From the NCBI GenBank assembly GCA_963716395.1, contig OY970309.1, positions 1,728,001-1,792,000 of the forward strand: a stretch of DNA of 64,000 nucleotides, written 5' to 3'. The stretch is from an uncultured Fibrobacteria bacterium (lineage in GTDB: Bacteria; Fibrobacterota; Fibrobacteria; UBA11236). Below the pieces are notes generated by a model that was not told the origin of the DNA, did no database searches, and was given only the letters and a program-made list of their open reading frames with translations. Positions within the stretch are counted from its first letter, which is position 1. Every line of letters starts with the position of its first letter. The position numbers and the translations under genes are program-made. Shown here in pieces: positions 29,180 to 40,333 of this stretch.

Positions 29180-29671
29180 TTAGTGATGATGATGGCCGTG
29201 GCCGCCGTGTTCGTGCACATGGCCGTGTTCCAGTTCTTCGGAGGTGGCGTCGCGGATTTCGGCCACGCGGATGGTGAAATGCAAATCCTGCCCGGCCAGC
29301 GGATGGTTGCCGTCCGCCACGATTTCCTCTTCGCTCACCGAGGTCACCGTGAGCATTTCCTCCCCGTGGGGTCCGCGCATTTGCAAGGTCATGCCCTCTT
29401 CCACCGCGCCCAGATTTTTGATGCGGGCGCGGGGAATGCGGCGAATCCGCTCCTCGTCGTATTCCCCGTAGCCGTCGGCGGCCACGATGCGCACTTCGAA
29501 GCGATCGCCTTCGGTGCGGCCGGCCATGGCCCGCTCCAAGCCGGGAACGATGTTGCCGGAGCCTTGGATGAAATGCAAAAGATCTTCCCCGGAATTGGAA
29601 TCGATCACTTCGCCTTCGGTATTTTTCAGCGTGTATTCGATTCCCACCACTTTTTGATCTTCGACTTTCAT
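29180..29671 (-). CDS. slyD: FKBP-type peptidyl-prolyl isomerase SlyD
   Basis: IVPGLE, DGYG, DGNHPLAG, His-rich tail. Confidence 0.95.
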   Translation of the reverse strand: MKVEDQKVVGIEYTLKNTEGEVIDSNSGEDLLHFIQGSGNIVPGLERAMAGRTEGDRFEVRIVAADGYGEYDEERIRRIPRARIKNLGAVEEGMTLQMRGPHGEEMLTVTSVSEEEIVADGNHPLAGQDLHFTIRVAEIRDATSEELEHGHVHEHGGHGHHHH

Positions 29672-29696
29672 GTTCTGCGTCTCCTGGGTTGGGGGT

Positions 29697-32600
29697 TCAC
29701 TTCACGATGCCGATACGCGTCCATGCCGATTTTTTGCCGCCGGGGAACCACACTTCGCACAAAGCGGCGTACACGTCGGGTCCGAGGCGGCGTAAATCCA
29801 AGGTGTGGGTAAAGGGTTGCAGGCCCGGCGTCAAGCCGGTGAAGGTCAAGTCTTTCACGGGATTGCCCGCCAGATCGAAAAGTCTTACGCGCGCCTTGTC
29901 GGCCGCGGCCCCCACCTTGAGATGGATGGTGGCCATGTAGTTGTCACCCGCGCGCAAGGGGCTGGGAAAGAGGTGGAATTCTTCGATGGTTTCTTCGGCT
30001 CCCGGTGTCACGGGCGCTCCCAAGGTTTCGGCGGAAAAGTGGTTGCTGCGGCCGGCATCGCCGCCGGGCAAAAACCAGTTCTGGCCCGGCTTGGCCTCGG
30101 CATTGCGCAAATCCCACAGGCTCAAGCTGCCCTCGGCGGTTTGCGCCAGTAAATCCAGGCCTGAATCCACGGTGGCGAGGGTCAGATGTACGAAAGGGGT
30201 TTGCGTGGTGTCGAGCGACAGCCCGCCCGCAGTGAGGGGCCAGTCGGAGCGGTTGGTCATGAGCAGGCCCGTGTTGTTGCCGGAAGAGAAGGAACTGTAG
30301 GTCACGGGTTTGCCCGTGCTGTCGACGGCGTATACCAAGCCGTCGGGGGTGCCCACCAGCACCGCCGGATGGCCGCGTAAGGACAGAACCAGCGGCGTGC
30401 AGCTAATCACCGTGGCCGGGGCCAAGGCGCTGGCATAGGTGAAGCCCACGTCTTGATGCGGTTGCGGCAGAAAGGGCCAGCCCGGCAGCACGGCTCCATG
30501 CCAATCCACGGCGTAGACGGCGTTGGACCCGCTGAAGAGAATGTCGGGATGGCCATCGCCGTTGAGATCGGCCAACGCCGGCGGGCTGCGATCTTCGGTG
30601 CGATAGCTTTTGCCCGCCGTGTCGGTCAAGGTGAGCGAGCGCGTAAAGCGCTGAGGAAAGCCCGCAAAGGCCTGGCCTGGCTCATCGCTGCGCGCTTCGA
30701 AGAGCAGGGCGCTGCCTTGTGATCCCAGGAGAAACACATCGTCCTGGCCGTCGCGGTTGAAATCCGAAGTCACCACGCTGAAGGTTTCATCGGCAGAGGG
30801 CTGTAGGTTGCCCCAAGCCGGGTGCAAATCCACCGCCTGGTGGGCCGCAAGATCCACGCGCACGGCCGCGCCCCCGGCTCCGGCCGCCACGATTTGGGTA
30901 TCGCCGTTGGGACCATAGGGCAGCCAGGCCAAGGCCTGGCAGGCCTGTAACGGTAAGGTGACGCTGTCGGTTTCCACGCCGGTCAATGAGAAACCCCGCA
31001 GCACGCCGGCGCTGTCGACCGCGAAGACCTTGCTCCCCAGCGCCAGGGGTCCGGCCGCGCCGCGCAGCGGCACCGTGGTTTCGGTACCGCCGGTGCGGGC
31101 GCCCGCCTTGAGCGAATCGGCCAGGGGATGGACGAACCGCAGCGCCTGGCCGGTGAGCACGGCCAGCACCGAGTCGCGGGCCACGCACACTCCGATCGGC
31201 GCGCCCACCGGGTTCACCATCGAATTGATTGGGGCGGCGTCTTGCGGATGTACGTTGCCGGAAGAAAGCGGCGAGGTGACGCCGGAAAAATGCGCGCTGT
31301 CGCTCACCGTATCGCGCGCCGCCAAGGCCGGTACGCCCGCGGCGGTATAGGTTTGCAAATCGCCCGCATCGCTGACGCTGATGAGGTAGGGGCCGCCGCC
31401 GCTTCCATCGTGCAGCACATTCACGGCTTGCAGCATTCCCGCTGGCGCGGTGCGCACCGGCCAGGCCGAGCCCGGCGGCTGCGACAAGGTGCTGTCATCG
31501 GGCCATTCGACGCGCAAGGTCAGGGCCGAATCGCGGTAGGAAAACACCGAGTCCCCGGTGAAATTACCGACGCTGGGATCGATCTTGGCTCCACTGGGCA
31601 AAATACCCTGCAACACGATATGGGTGCGGCCGTCATTCCAGGTGTTGGTGTTGGCGAATCCGTACGATCCGATTACACTCAAGGTTTCCGGCGCCATCCA
31701 CGAAGTGTCTTTGGGCGGATTTTTGCGGGCGCGGAACAGAACCGGAAACAAATCGTCGGCCGAACCGTAATCAAAGGCGGGCTGGCCCAAGGCGTCGGTG
31801 AACTGCTTGCCGATGCTGGGAACACCGTTGGCTTCGACCAGAGCCAGGCCCCGGTATTGCTGCTGCAAGGTGTCGCCCAAATAGGCGTTCACCGCGTCGT
31901 CTTTGAGGAAGTCGTCGAGAAACCATTGGTTCACATGCCAAAGCAGAAGGCCATTGCCCGGAAGCCCCAGGTCATAGCGGCTGGCGCCGGTGATGATGCC
32001 GCCGGGTTTTTTCGGATTGGGAATCTTTTGCGTGCATTGCGATCCCTGCCACGATTTGCACACCGTGTCGACGAAGAGCGAATCCACAAAACCATAGGGT
32101 ACGGTCACCGAATCCGGAACGCTGAAGGTGTAATCGGTGGAACTCGCAGGTTTGGAGTAGTAAATCGTGACCTGGCTGTCGGCATCGGCGCGCTGGCGGT
32201 TTTCCACCAGCAGGTATTCGCTTTGGTTCAGGGGGATTTCCAGGGTGCGGATGCGTCCGGGGCCGGCGCGATCCGCGGCTTGGATGGAATAGCTCGTCGG
32301 GCCGTTGGGAGTCGCGACCACCGGGTTGTCCCACCCCATGAAAGATCGCGTCCAGGCCGAGGGGAAAACCGGAAGGAAGCCGTTCAAAGTATTGTAGCCC
32401 GCGAAGTCCATGACGTCGAAGGCGCCGACCTGGGAAATGCCCTGCACCACATCGTACAAATCGGGCATGCCCATTTGCCGGGCCAATTGGTTGATCAAGA
32501 TGCCGTCGATGCCCCAGTTGACGTTGTCCTGGCTGGCGGATTCGGAGCACATCATGAACTGGGAGATGGTGTCGCCCGCCGCCACCACTACGCCCAGCGA

Positions 32601-33440
32601 ATCCTGGCGCTGTTCCGGGGCAGCTTTCGATCCGGGTTGAAAATCAATTGTGGCCGAATCCAAGGCTTTGAAATCGTCTTTGGTCACGAAGAAGTCGAGG
32701 AAATCATTGGGTGTATTGGCGCCCAAAGGTCCCAAGGTGCCGCCGTCGACCAGGCGCGAAGCGCCGGCATGAAAGATCAGGAATACCGGGTGGCGCAGGG
32801 GTGACGGATTGTCGCGGGCTTCGGCGGCGGCCACCGCAAAGGGATTGTCGGCCGAATCCAGTTGGGTGAATAATCTGGCGGATTGACTGACGAAACTCAT
32901 CAGGGCCTCGGCGCGCTCGGCTTGAAAGTCCCCGGCTTGGAGTTTGGGATTGTCGCCGGCGGCCGGGTTATAGGCCGCCATGTGGTAGAGTAACTCGTTT
33001 TGGGTCGTACTATGAATGACGACACCTTCTCCATCGGGACGCGGAAAATAGCGGGGTTTTATCACTACCCGCCCGCCGGAAACCGTGTTGAAATAGTTGT
33101 TGGCAAACTGAAAATGTTTGTCCAGGTAATAGTAGGAGGTGCGTATCGCCACGCCGTTGGGGTCAAGCGTATAAGAAGTATCCGGATCGGAACCGAAAGT
33201 TCCGAGGCCGGTGGTGGTGGGATTGTCGCCCGCCGTGGTTTCGTTTTCGAATTGCACATAGAGCACAAACACTTCCAGCGTGTCGGGCGCTCCGCTGGCC
33301 GAAGGTTTGAAAAGGGGATGAAACGGCGAGCCGGCCGCAACTGGCCCAACGGCGAGCGCCATAGCCAAGGCCCAGAACCCCGCCGCGGTTTTGGCCGCCA
33401 AACCTTTTTCGGCTAAACCAGATAAGTCGAGCTTTAGCAT
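29697..33440 (-). CDS. Large secreted M6/immune inhibitor A-like protein with FG-GAP repeats and T9SS/FlgD-like tail; zinc motif degenerate
   Basis: IFHAG, MGMPDLYD, DVMD, SAWTR.FMGW, EYLLVENR, GLLLWH; DFNRDG.DD and DLNGDG.PD repeats; FPSP...FDLAG tail. Confidence 0.7.
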   Translation of the reverse strand: MLKLDLSGLAEKGLAAKTAAGFWALAMALAVGPVAAGSPFHPLFKPSASGAPDTLEVFVLYVQFENETTAGDNPTTTGLGTFGSDPDTSYTLDPNGVAIRTSYYYLDKHFQFANNYFNTVSGGRVVIKPRYFPRPDGEGVVIHSTTQNELLYHMAAYNPAAGDNPKLQAGDFQAERAEALMSFVSQSARLFTQLDSADNPFAVAAAEARDNPSPLRHPVFLIFHAGASRLVDGGTLGPLGANTPNDFLDFFVTKDDFKALDSATIDFQPGSKAAPEQRQDSLGVVVAAGDTISQFMMCSESASQDNVNWGIDGILINQLARQMGMPDLYDVVQGISQVGAFDVMDFAGYNTLNGFLPVFPSAWTRSFMGWDNPVVATPNGPTSYSIQAADRAGPGRIRTLEIPLNQSEYLLVENRQRADADSQVTIYYSKPASSTDYTFSVPDSVTVPYGFVDSLFVDTVCKSWQGSQCTQKIPNPKKPGGIITGASRYDLGLPGNGLLLWHVNQWFLDDFLKDDAVNAYLGDTLQQQYRGLALVEANGVPSIGKQFTDALGQPAFDYGSADDLFPVLFRARKNPPKDTSWMAPETLSVIGSYGFANTNTWNDGRTHIVLQGILPSGAKIDPSVGNFTGDSVFSYRDSALTLRVEWPDDSTLSQPPGSAWPVRTAPAGMLQAVNVLHDGSGGGPYLISVSDAGDLQTYTAAGVPALAARDTVSDSAHFSGVTSPLSSGNVHPQDAAPINSMVNPVGAPIGVCVARDSVLAVLTGQALRFVHPLADSLKAGARTGGTETTVPLRGAAGPLALGSKVFAVDSAGVLRGFSLTGVETDSVTLPLQACQALAWLPYGPNGDTQIVAAGAGGAAVRVDLAAHQAVDLHPAWGNLQPSADETFSVVTSDFNRDGQDDVFLLGSQGSALLFEARSDEPGQAFAGFPQRFTRSLTLTDTAGKSYRTEDRSPPALADLNGDGHPDILFSGSNAVYAVDWHGAVLPGWPFLPQPHQDVGFTYASALAPATVISCTPLVLSLRGHPAVLVGTPDGLVYAVDSTGKPVTYSSFSSGNNTGLLMTNRSDWPLTAGGLSLDTTQTPFVHLTLATVDSGLDLLAQTAEGSLSLWDLRNAEAKPGQNWFLPGGDAGRSNHFSAETLGAPVTPGAEETIEEFHLFPSPLRAGDNYMATIHLKVGAAADKARVRLFDLAGNPVKDLTFTGLTPGLQPFTHTLDLRRLGPDVYAALCEVWFPGGKKSAWTRIGIVK

Positions 33441-33691
33441 GGGAGAACGTGCGCCCCTTCAATGCCGCCCAGAGGCGTCGGATTTTAAAGTTGATAAGGT
33501 ACAAAGGGAGGCGTCAACGGCAGCGTGGTCGCTGGAGAATTCGGGTCGGGTGCGTTTTGGGCGCCGAGAGACGCAGAAGCGACCGCAAATTACCACGCAA
33601 CAATTTCCGCGGCAATCGATCACGGCCGCATGGATGGCCGGTCCCCGAAAGGGATCGCGGTTAAATTAATGGACGAGAGGCGGGGAGTTTT

Positions 33692-34657
33692 ATGCGGGTT
33701 TCCCGTTATTGTTGCCTGGCTGCCCTGGTGGTTTCCGCGCCGGCCCAAAACATTCGCGTGCTTTTTCTGGGCGGCGGTAATACCAGCCATGATCCGCTGG
33801 CGATGAGCGAGGTGATGATTCCCGTGATGGAAAGCCATGGGATGACGGTCGATTATAAAACCAACGAGAGCATTCTCGATGCCGACAGTTTAAAGCGCTA
33901 TGACGTGATGTTCATCTACAATGCCAAAAAAGGCAGCGCCACCGACGGCACACCCGATTTGACCACGGCGCAAGTGGACGCTTTATACGCTTGGGTCGAC
34001 TCGGGGCATGTCGTGATTGGCGTGCATTGCGCCAACAGCAGTTACCTGGGGAATCCCCGCTATTTGCAATTGTTCGGAGGCGCTTTCACCGTCCATGGGG
34101 ATACGGCGGCTTACCATTACATCACCATCGTCGATCCCGCGCATCCGTCCATGCAGGGCGTCAGCGCTCCGCCGGCGGCGAACGACGCGGGTTATTGGGA
34201 TGAAGGGCGTGTAGCGGCCTTTTCGCAAAACGACACCATCATGCTGGCGCGGGCGCGCGCCTACGGGGCGGAGGAGCCTTGGACCTGGGTTCGGCCCGAG
34301 GGCAAGGGTTGGGTGTATTACACCAGCAGTGGCCATGACGCCCGCAGTTGGGATGACGCGAATTTCCAGAATCAGTTGGTGCAGGCGTTGACTTGGGGCG
34401 CGGGAATGGCGGCGACGCCAATCGAGATTCCCACAACGGCGCGGAAGGGAAAGTCTTTATCGGCCTGGATGAGCGCGCAAATCCAAGGGGCAGGCTCCCA
34501 TTCCCTCCGCATTACCAGCCTCTCCGGAGCAACCGTTTTTTCGCAAACCTTTTCGAGCGCCCCAAGCACCCTTTGGCCGGCGTTGCCGGCGGGCGTCTAT
34601 TCTCTGCAAATCGACGGAAAAAACCAGCAGGCTTTCAAGTCGGTGTATGTGAAATAA
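33692..34657 (+). CDS. Secreted ThuA-like (class I GATase fold) protein with T9SS-like tail
   Basis: Signal peptide, IGVHCA, GGAF..H, WDE, PWTWVR.EGKG.VYYT..GHD; tail TSLSG...LPAGVYSL. Confidence 0.8.
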   Translation: MRVSRYCCLAALVVSAPAQNIRVLFLGGGNTSHDPLAMSEVMIPVMESHGMTVDYKTNESILDADSLKRYDVMFIYNAKKGSATDGTPDLTTAQVDALYAWVDSGHVVIGVHCANSSYLGNPRYLQLFGGAFTVHGDTAAYHYITIVDPAHPSMQGVSAPPAANDAGYWDEGRVAAFSQNDTIMLARARAYGAEEPWTWVRPEGKGWVYYTSSGHDARSWDDANFQNQLVQALTWGAGMAATPIEIPTTARKGKSLSAWMSAQIQGAGSHSLRITSLSGATVFSQTFSSAPSTLWPALPAGVYSLQIDGKNQQAFKSVYVK

Positions 34658-34731
34658 ACCTCGCGGTTCGCCGTCGGCCCTGCGACGGGCTCAGGCCTCG
34701 ACCTCTCGGCGTATAGATTTTTCGGGGGGCG

Positions 34732-36072
34732 TTAATTTTTGTACACCGGAAACACGGGCTCGGCGCTCTCGATGCGGAGGTTGATCGACGGGTGCAATTT
34801 TTTTCCCACAGCATCAAACCACAGTGTCTTGGGGCTTTGCAAAAATTTTTGATCTGAGGATGAGAGACCCGGCGGCGCCTTCGGAAGGATAGATGTGGCC
34901 GGGAGCACGGTCGCCGTGAGCGTGCCGTACCCGAGTTGATCATATCCGCCGCTGTTCGGGCCGTAATCCCCGCCGCCGCCTTCGGGCCGGACTTGGGCGG
35001 CAAAGAGTTGCGTATAGGGCGCGGACAAACCTTTGATGTTCACATAATGGTTGTACAACAATTCCCATTCCGGCCGTATCGTGCCCCGACCGTCCGGGCT
35101 GATTACGGTTTGGACCACGCCGGTGCAATTGGAGTAGGTCACATAGGGCACGGAATCACCGAGGTTGTACTTCGCCACGTATTCGATCCCCTTCAGAAAA
35201 CGGTTGTCCTCATAGCCGTATAAATCATCGCCTTGATTCCAGGCCATTTCGCAAAACGCGCCCATCAACGCCGGACCCAAGGTCGCATGCCCCTGGTCGC
35301 GCCCGCTTTCCTGCCACTGCCCCAGGCCATCGGGATGGAGGTACCACACCGCGCTGTCGATGTTGCCGTTGCCGGCGCCATGCATGAAATAATCCACCGC
35401 TTCATTGTAGATCGCGCGGTTATCGCACAGAATGCCGATGCTGATCATCGAGGCCATGTTGCACAGATCCCAATTCGCGTACATGTGGCTCATGCACGGC
35501 TCGCTCCGCGTCAGAAAAGCGTGGTTCATCGGGTAAAAGATGGTCAGCATCATGTTTTGAAAGCGGGCGAAGTCCGCGGCGGCCCAACCCGAATAGCCGC
35601 GCATGAGTTCGGCCGCATTGGCGATTTCATAGCCGTAAATACCCGCTGCGAGATATTCGTCATTGGTGCCGCTGATCACCTTCAGGCGGGAAGACCAGGC
35701 ATTCAGCACATTCACGGAGGCGTTGGCATACGTCGTGTCGCTGGAAATGTGCCAGCGCAACGCCAGGGCGTATGCGGCCGCGACATCATTGTAAAGCTGC
35801 GCATAGTTTTGGGTATAGGTCGCCGGGCTGTCTGCGCCGCGATAAACCGTATCGACCGGCCTTGGGACATAATCGGCGGAGGAATGCGAATTGGCGAGCA
35901 GCTTTTGCCAACCCGCCAGCCAGGGTTGCGCTCCGGCATTCACCTCGGCTTGCATGCGGTCGAGGTCGGATTGCTTGTGCAGCATGCCCGGATGCGCGAA
36001 TTCTTGCGCGCCCGCGATACCGCAGGCCATAGCGATGGCTGATTGAAAATGAATGATCCGGCCGCTCGTCAT
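34732..36072 (-). CDS. Secreted alginate lyase-family (PF05426-like) protein
   Basis: FAHPGMLH...DLDRM, ANAAELMR, ANWD, QWQESGRDQGH, AWNQG.DLY, GYDQLGYGTL. Confidence 0.8.
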   Translation of the reverse strand: MTSGRIIHFQSAIAMACGIAGAQEFAHPGMLHKQSDLDRMQAEVNAGAQPWLAGWQKLLANSHSSADYVPRPVDTVYRGADSPATYTQNYAQLYNDVAAAYALALRWHISSDTTYANASVNVLNAWSSRLKVISGTNDEYLAAGIYGYEIANAAELMRGYSGWAAADFARFQNMMLTIFYPMNHAFLTRSEPCMSHMYANWDLCNMASMISIGILCDNRAIYNEAVDYFMHGAGNGNIDSAVWYLHPDGLGQWQESGRDQGHATLGPALMGAFCEMAWNQGDDLYGYEDNRFLKGIEYVAKYNLGDSVPYVTYSNCTGVVQTVISPDGRGTIRPEWELLYNHYVNIKGLSAPYTQLFAAQVRPEGGGGDYGPNSGGYDQLGYGTLTATVLPATSILPKAPPGLSSSDQKFLQSPKTLWFDAVGKKLHPSINLRIESAEPVFPVYKN

Positions 36073-36179
36073 TCCGACCCCGCGTTTTGGCTGGGGTGCC
36101 TCCCCGGGTATAAAATACCGAGTTTCAGGTGCGAGCGGGCCCGGCGCGCCGACGGAATCGACGCGGAAGGCGGAACCGG

Positions 36180-38102
<1,923 letters not shown>

Positions 38103-38128
38103 TTACTCCTTGTGATCGATTTATTGTT

Positions 38129-38422
38129 TTATCGTAGTTGTACGTCGCGGACCACGGGTCCGCCCAAAATCTGGTTGGCCCGGCCGCGAATGGCTTCGCG
38201 CTGGAAATGCAACTCCTGGCGCCAGGTTCCGTCGGCCACTTTCACCGTGAGCACGAAATTCCGCAGTGAATCCAATTCGGCGATGGGTGCGGCGCGTTCG
38301 CCCATCACTTCGACCCAGCGCCCGCGCAAGCGGCTTTCGGGCAGTAAATAGCCGAGACCTTGGGCCGAAAGCGCCTCTTGCAAGGCGCCGCCGATGGAGA
38401 CCGGAGCGTGGTTGCCGGCCAT
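38129..38422 (-). CDS. dciA: DUF721 / DciA family protein
   Basis: W.EVMG..A, L.V.V....W.QEL......I....N; located between recF and gyrB. Confidence 0.8.
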   Translation of the reverse strand: MAGNHAPVSIGGALQEALSAQGLGYLLPESRLRGRWVEVMGERAAPIAELDSLRNFVLTVKVADGTWRQELHFQREAIRGRANQILGGPVVRDVQLR

Positions 38423-38425
38423 GCG

Positions 38426-39514
38426 TCAAGCCACCCTTCCGTGACGCAAAGTCGTTTCCTGATCCACGGAGAAGGGCAAATCTTCGCGGCGCGGCGTGGC
38501 GATGAAAACCTGCCCGCGGCCTGCGATCAGACTTCCGAAGCGTTCCCGCCGGAGCGGGTCGAGTTCTGCGAATACGTCGTCCAAAATGAGAATCGGGGGG
38601 AGACCGCAGGCTTCCTCAAGCATTCGGGCCGCGGCGAGCTTCAGGGCAAGCGCCACCGACCTTTTCTGCCCTTGGGATGCGAAGTCCCGCACCGCTTTTC
38701 CGGCCAGGAAAACTAGCAAATCATCGCGATGCGGGCCCACGGAAGTGAGGCCGTTTTCGCGGTCTTGGGCGCGCTTTTCCCGCAGCTTTTGCAAGAGGTT
38801 TTGGCGCAGGGTTTCGACGTCGGCAACGTCGCCGGCGGCGCGCGTAATTTCCAGCCGCAGGTCTTCGGTTTCGCTCCCGATTTCGCGGCAGAATTCCCGG
38901 GCCCAAGGCTGCAAGCGGCGCACCAATTCCAACCGGAGCATTCCGATGCGCGCGCCGGCTTCGGCCAAGGTGGCATCGAAGGCCGCGAACACGTCGTCTT
39001 CTTCGGAGCCCAGCCGCAGGCGCAACGCCGCATTGCGCTGGCGCAACGCCTGGCGGTAGCGTCGCAACACCTCCAGCACCCCGGGGTCATGCTGGCACAG
39101 CAACACATCCAGGTAACGCCGGCGTTCCTGGGGGCCCCCGCGCAGCAAATCCAGATCTTCGGGCCCGAAGGCCACGACCAGAAAATGTCCCAGCAAATCG
39201 CCCAGCCGGCGGCTCTCGTGATGCCCGATCCTGACCCGGCATCCGGTTTCTCCGTATTCCACCGATTGCGCATGCGGGGTTTCGCCCAACCAACCTTCGC
39301 CGCGAATCACGAAACTTGGATCGCCGAAGGCGATGAGGTCCTTGTCCTTGCGGGCGCGGGGCGAATGCCCCAGGCACAAGAAGTGCAAGCTCTCCAGCAA
39401 ATTGGATTTGCCGTGGCCGTTGGCGCCGGAGACGAGGTTGAGATGCGGCGCGGGCCGCAAATCCAAGCCGTGCAGATTGCGGAAGTGGTGGAGGGTCAGC
39501 CTTTCGATGCGCAC
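38426..39514 (-). CDS. recF: DNA replication/repair protein RecF
   Basis: FRN, GANGHGKSNLLE, GPHRDDL, SQGQKR, LDDVFAELD. Confidence 0.96.
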   Translation of the reverse strand: MRIERLTLHHFRNLHGLDLRPAPHLNLVSGANGHGKSNLLESLHFLCLGHSPRARKDKDLIAFGDPSFVIRGEGWLGETPHAQSVEYGETGCRVRIGHHESRRLGDLLGHFLVVAFGPEDLDLLRGGPQERRRYLDVLLCQHDPGVLEVLRRYRQALRQRNAALRLRLGSEEDDVFAAFDATLAEAGARIGMLRLELVRRLQPWAREFCREIGSETEDLRLEITRAAGDVADVETLRQNLLQKLREKRAQDRENGLTSVGPHRDDLLVFLAGKAVRDFASQGQKRSVALALKLAAARMLEEACGLPPILILDDVFAELDPLRRERFGSLIAGRGQVFIATPRREDLPFSVDQETTLRHGRVA

Positions 39515-39596
39515 GGCCAGGAAGTCTAGTTTCGCCGCGAAGACCGTAACGCGCTTCGCGGCGCCAAGCCGCGAAGAGATTGTTCGGGTTTGGGGT

Positions 39597-40238
39597 TCAG
39601 CCTTTTTTGCGCACCAATTGCATGCCGTCGCGTACCGTGAGCAAAACGTTTTCGACCCGGGTGTCGGCGGCGATGCGCCGGTTCAATTGATCGATGGCCC
39701 GCGTCGGCTCGTCTTCGGGTTTGAGCACCTGTCCGTCCCACAAGGTGTTATCGACGAGGATGAGCCCGCCGGGCCGCAACAGCTCCATCACCCGCTCGTA
39801 ATAGGCGGGATAGTTTTCCTTGTCGGCGTCGATGAAGGCCAAATCAAACGGGCCTGCCAGCGTTTTCAACGTTTCCAGCGCCGGCCCCAGACGGATGGTG
39901 ATTTTCGAACCGTGCGGGCTCAGCGCGAAAAAGCGCTGCGCGAAGTCGCGGCGCCCTACGTCGATTTCGCAGGTGATGAGTTCACCGTCGGGCGGCAACG
40001 CTTCGGCCATGGACAGCGCCGAGTACCCCGTGAACATGCCGATTTCGAGCACGCGCCGGGCGCCGCTGATCTGCGTGACGAGCTTGAGAAACCGCCCCGC
40101 CAGCCGGCCGGTCAGCATGCCCGCCCCTTCCATTTTGGACTGAGTTTCGCGCTCTACTTGCTGCAGTAAATCGGGTTCGGGTTGGGTGTGGTCCCAGGCG
40201 TATTGCTCCAGGTCATGCGGAATGATTTCGAGCATCAT
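39597..40238 (-). CDS. O-methyltransferase (CCoAOMT/Methyltransf_3)
   Basis: LEIGMFTGYSAL, FDLAFIDADK.NY, DNTLWDG, RDG. Confidence 0.93.
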   Translation of the reverse strand: MMLEIIPHDLEQYAWDHTQPEPDLLQQVERETQSKMEGAGMLTGRLAGRFLKLVTQISGARRVLEIGMFTGYSALSMAEALPPDGELITCEIDVGRRDFAQRFFALSPHGSKITIRLGPALETLKTLAGPFDLAFIDADKENYPAYYERVMELLRPGGLILVDNTLWDGQVLKPEDEPTRAIDQLNRRIAADTRVENVLLTVRDGMQLVRKKG

Positions 40239-40333
40239 GCGGGCCTCCCATACGGTTATTTGCAAGATGGCTTTCTTCGCGGACACCCACAAGCCCCTGA
40301 CCCGGATCCGATGGCGTTGTGCGTTCCTAATTT

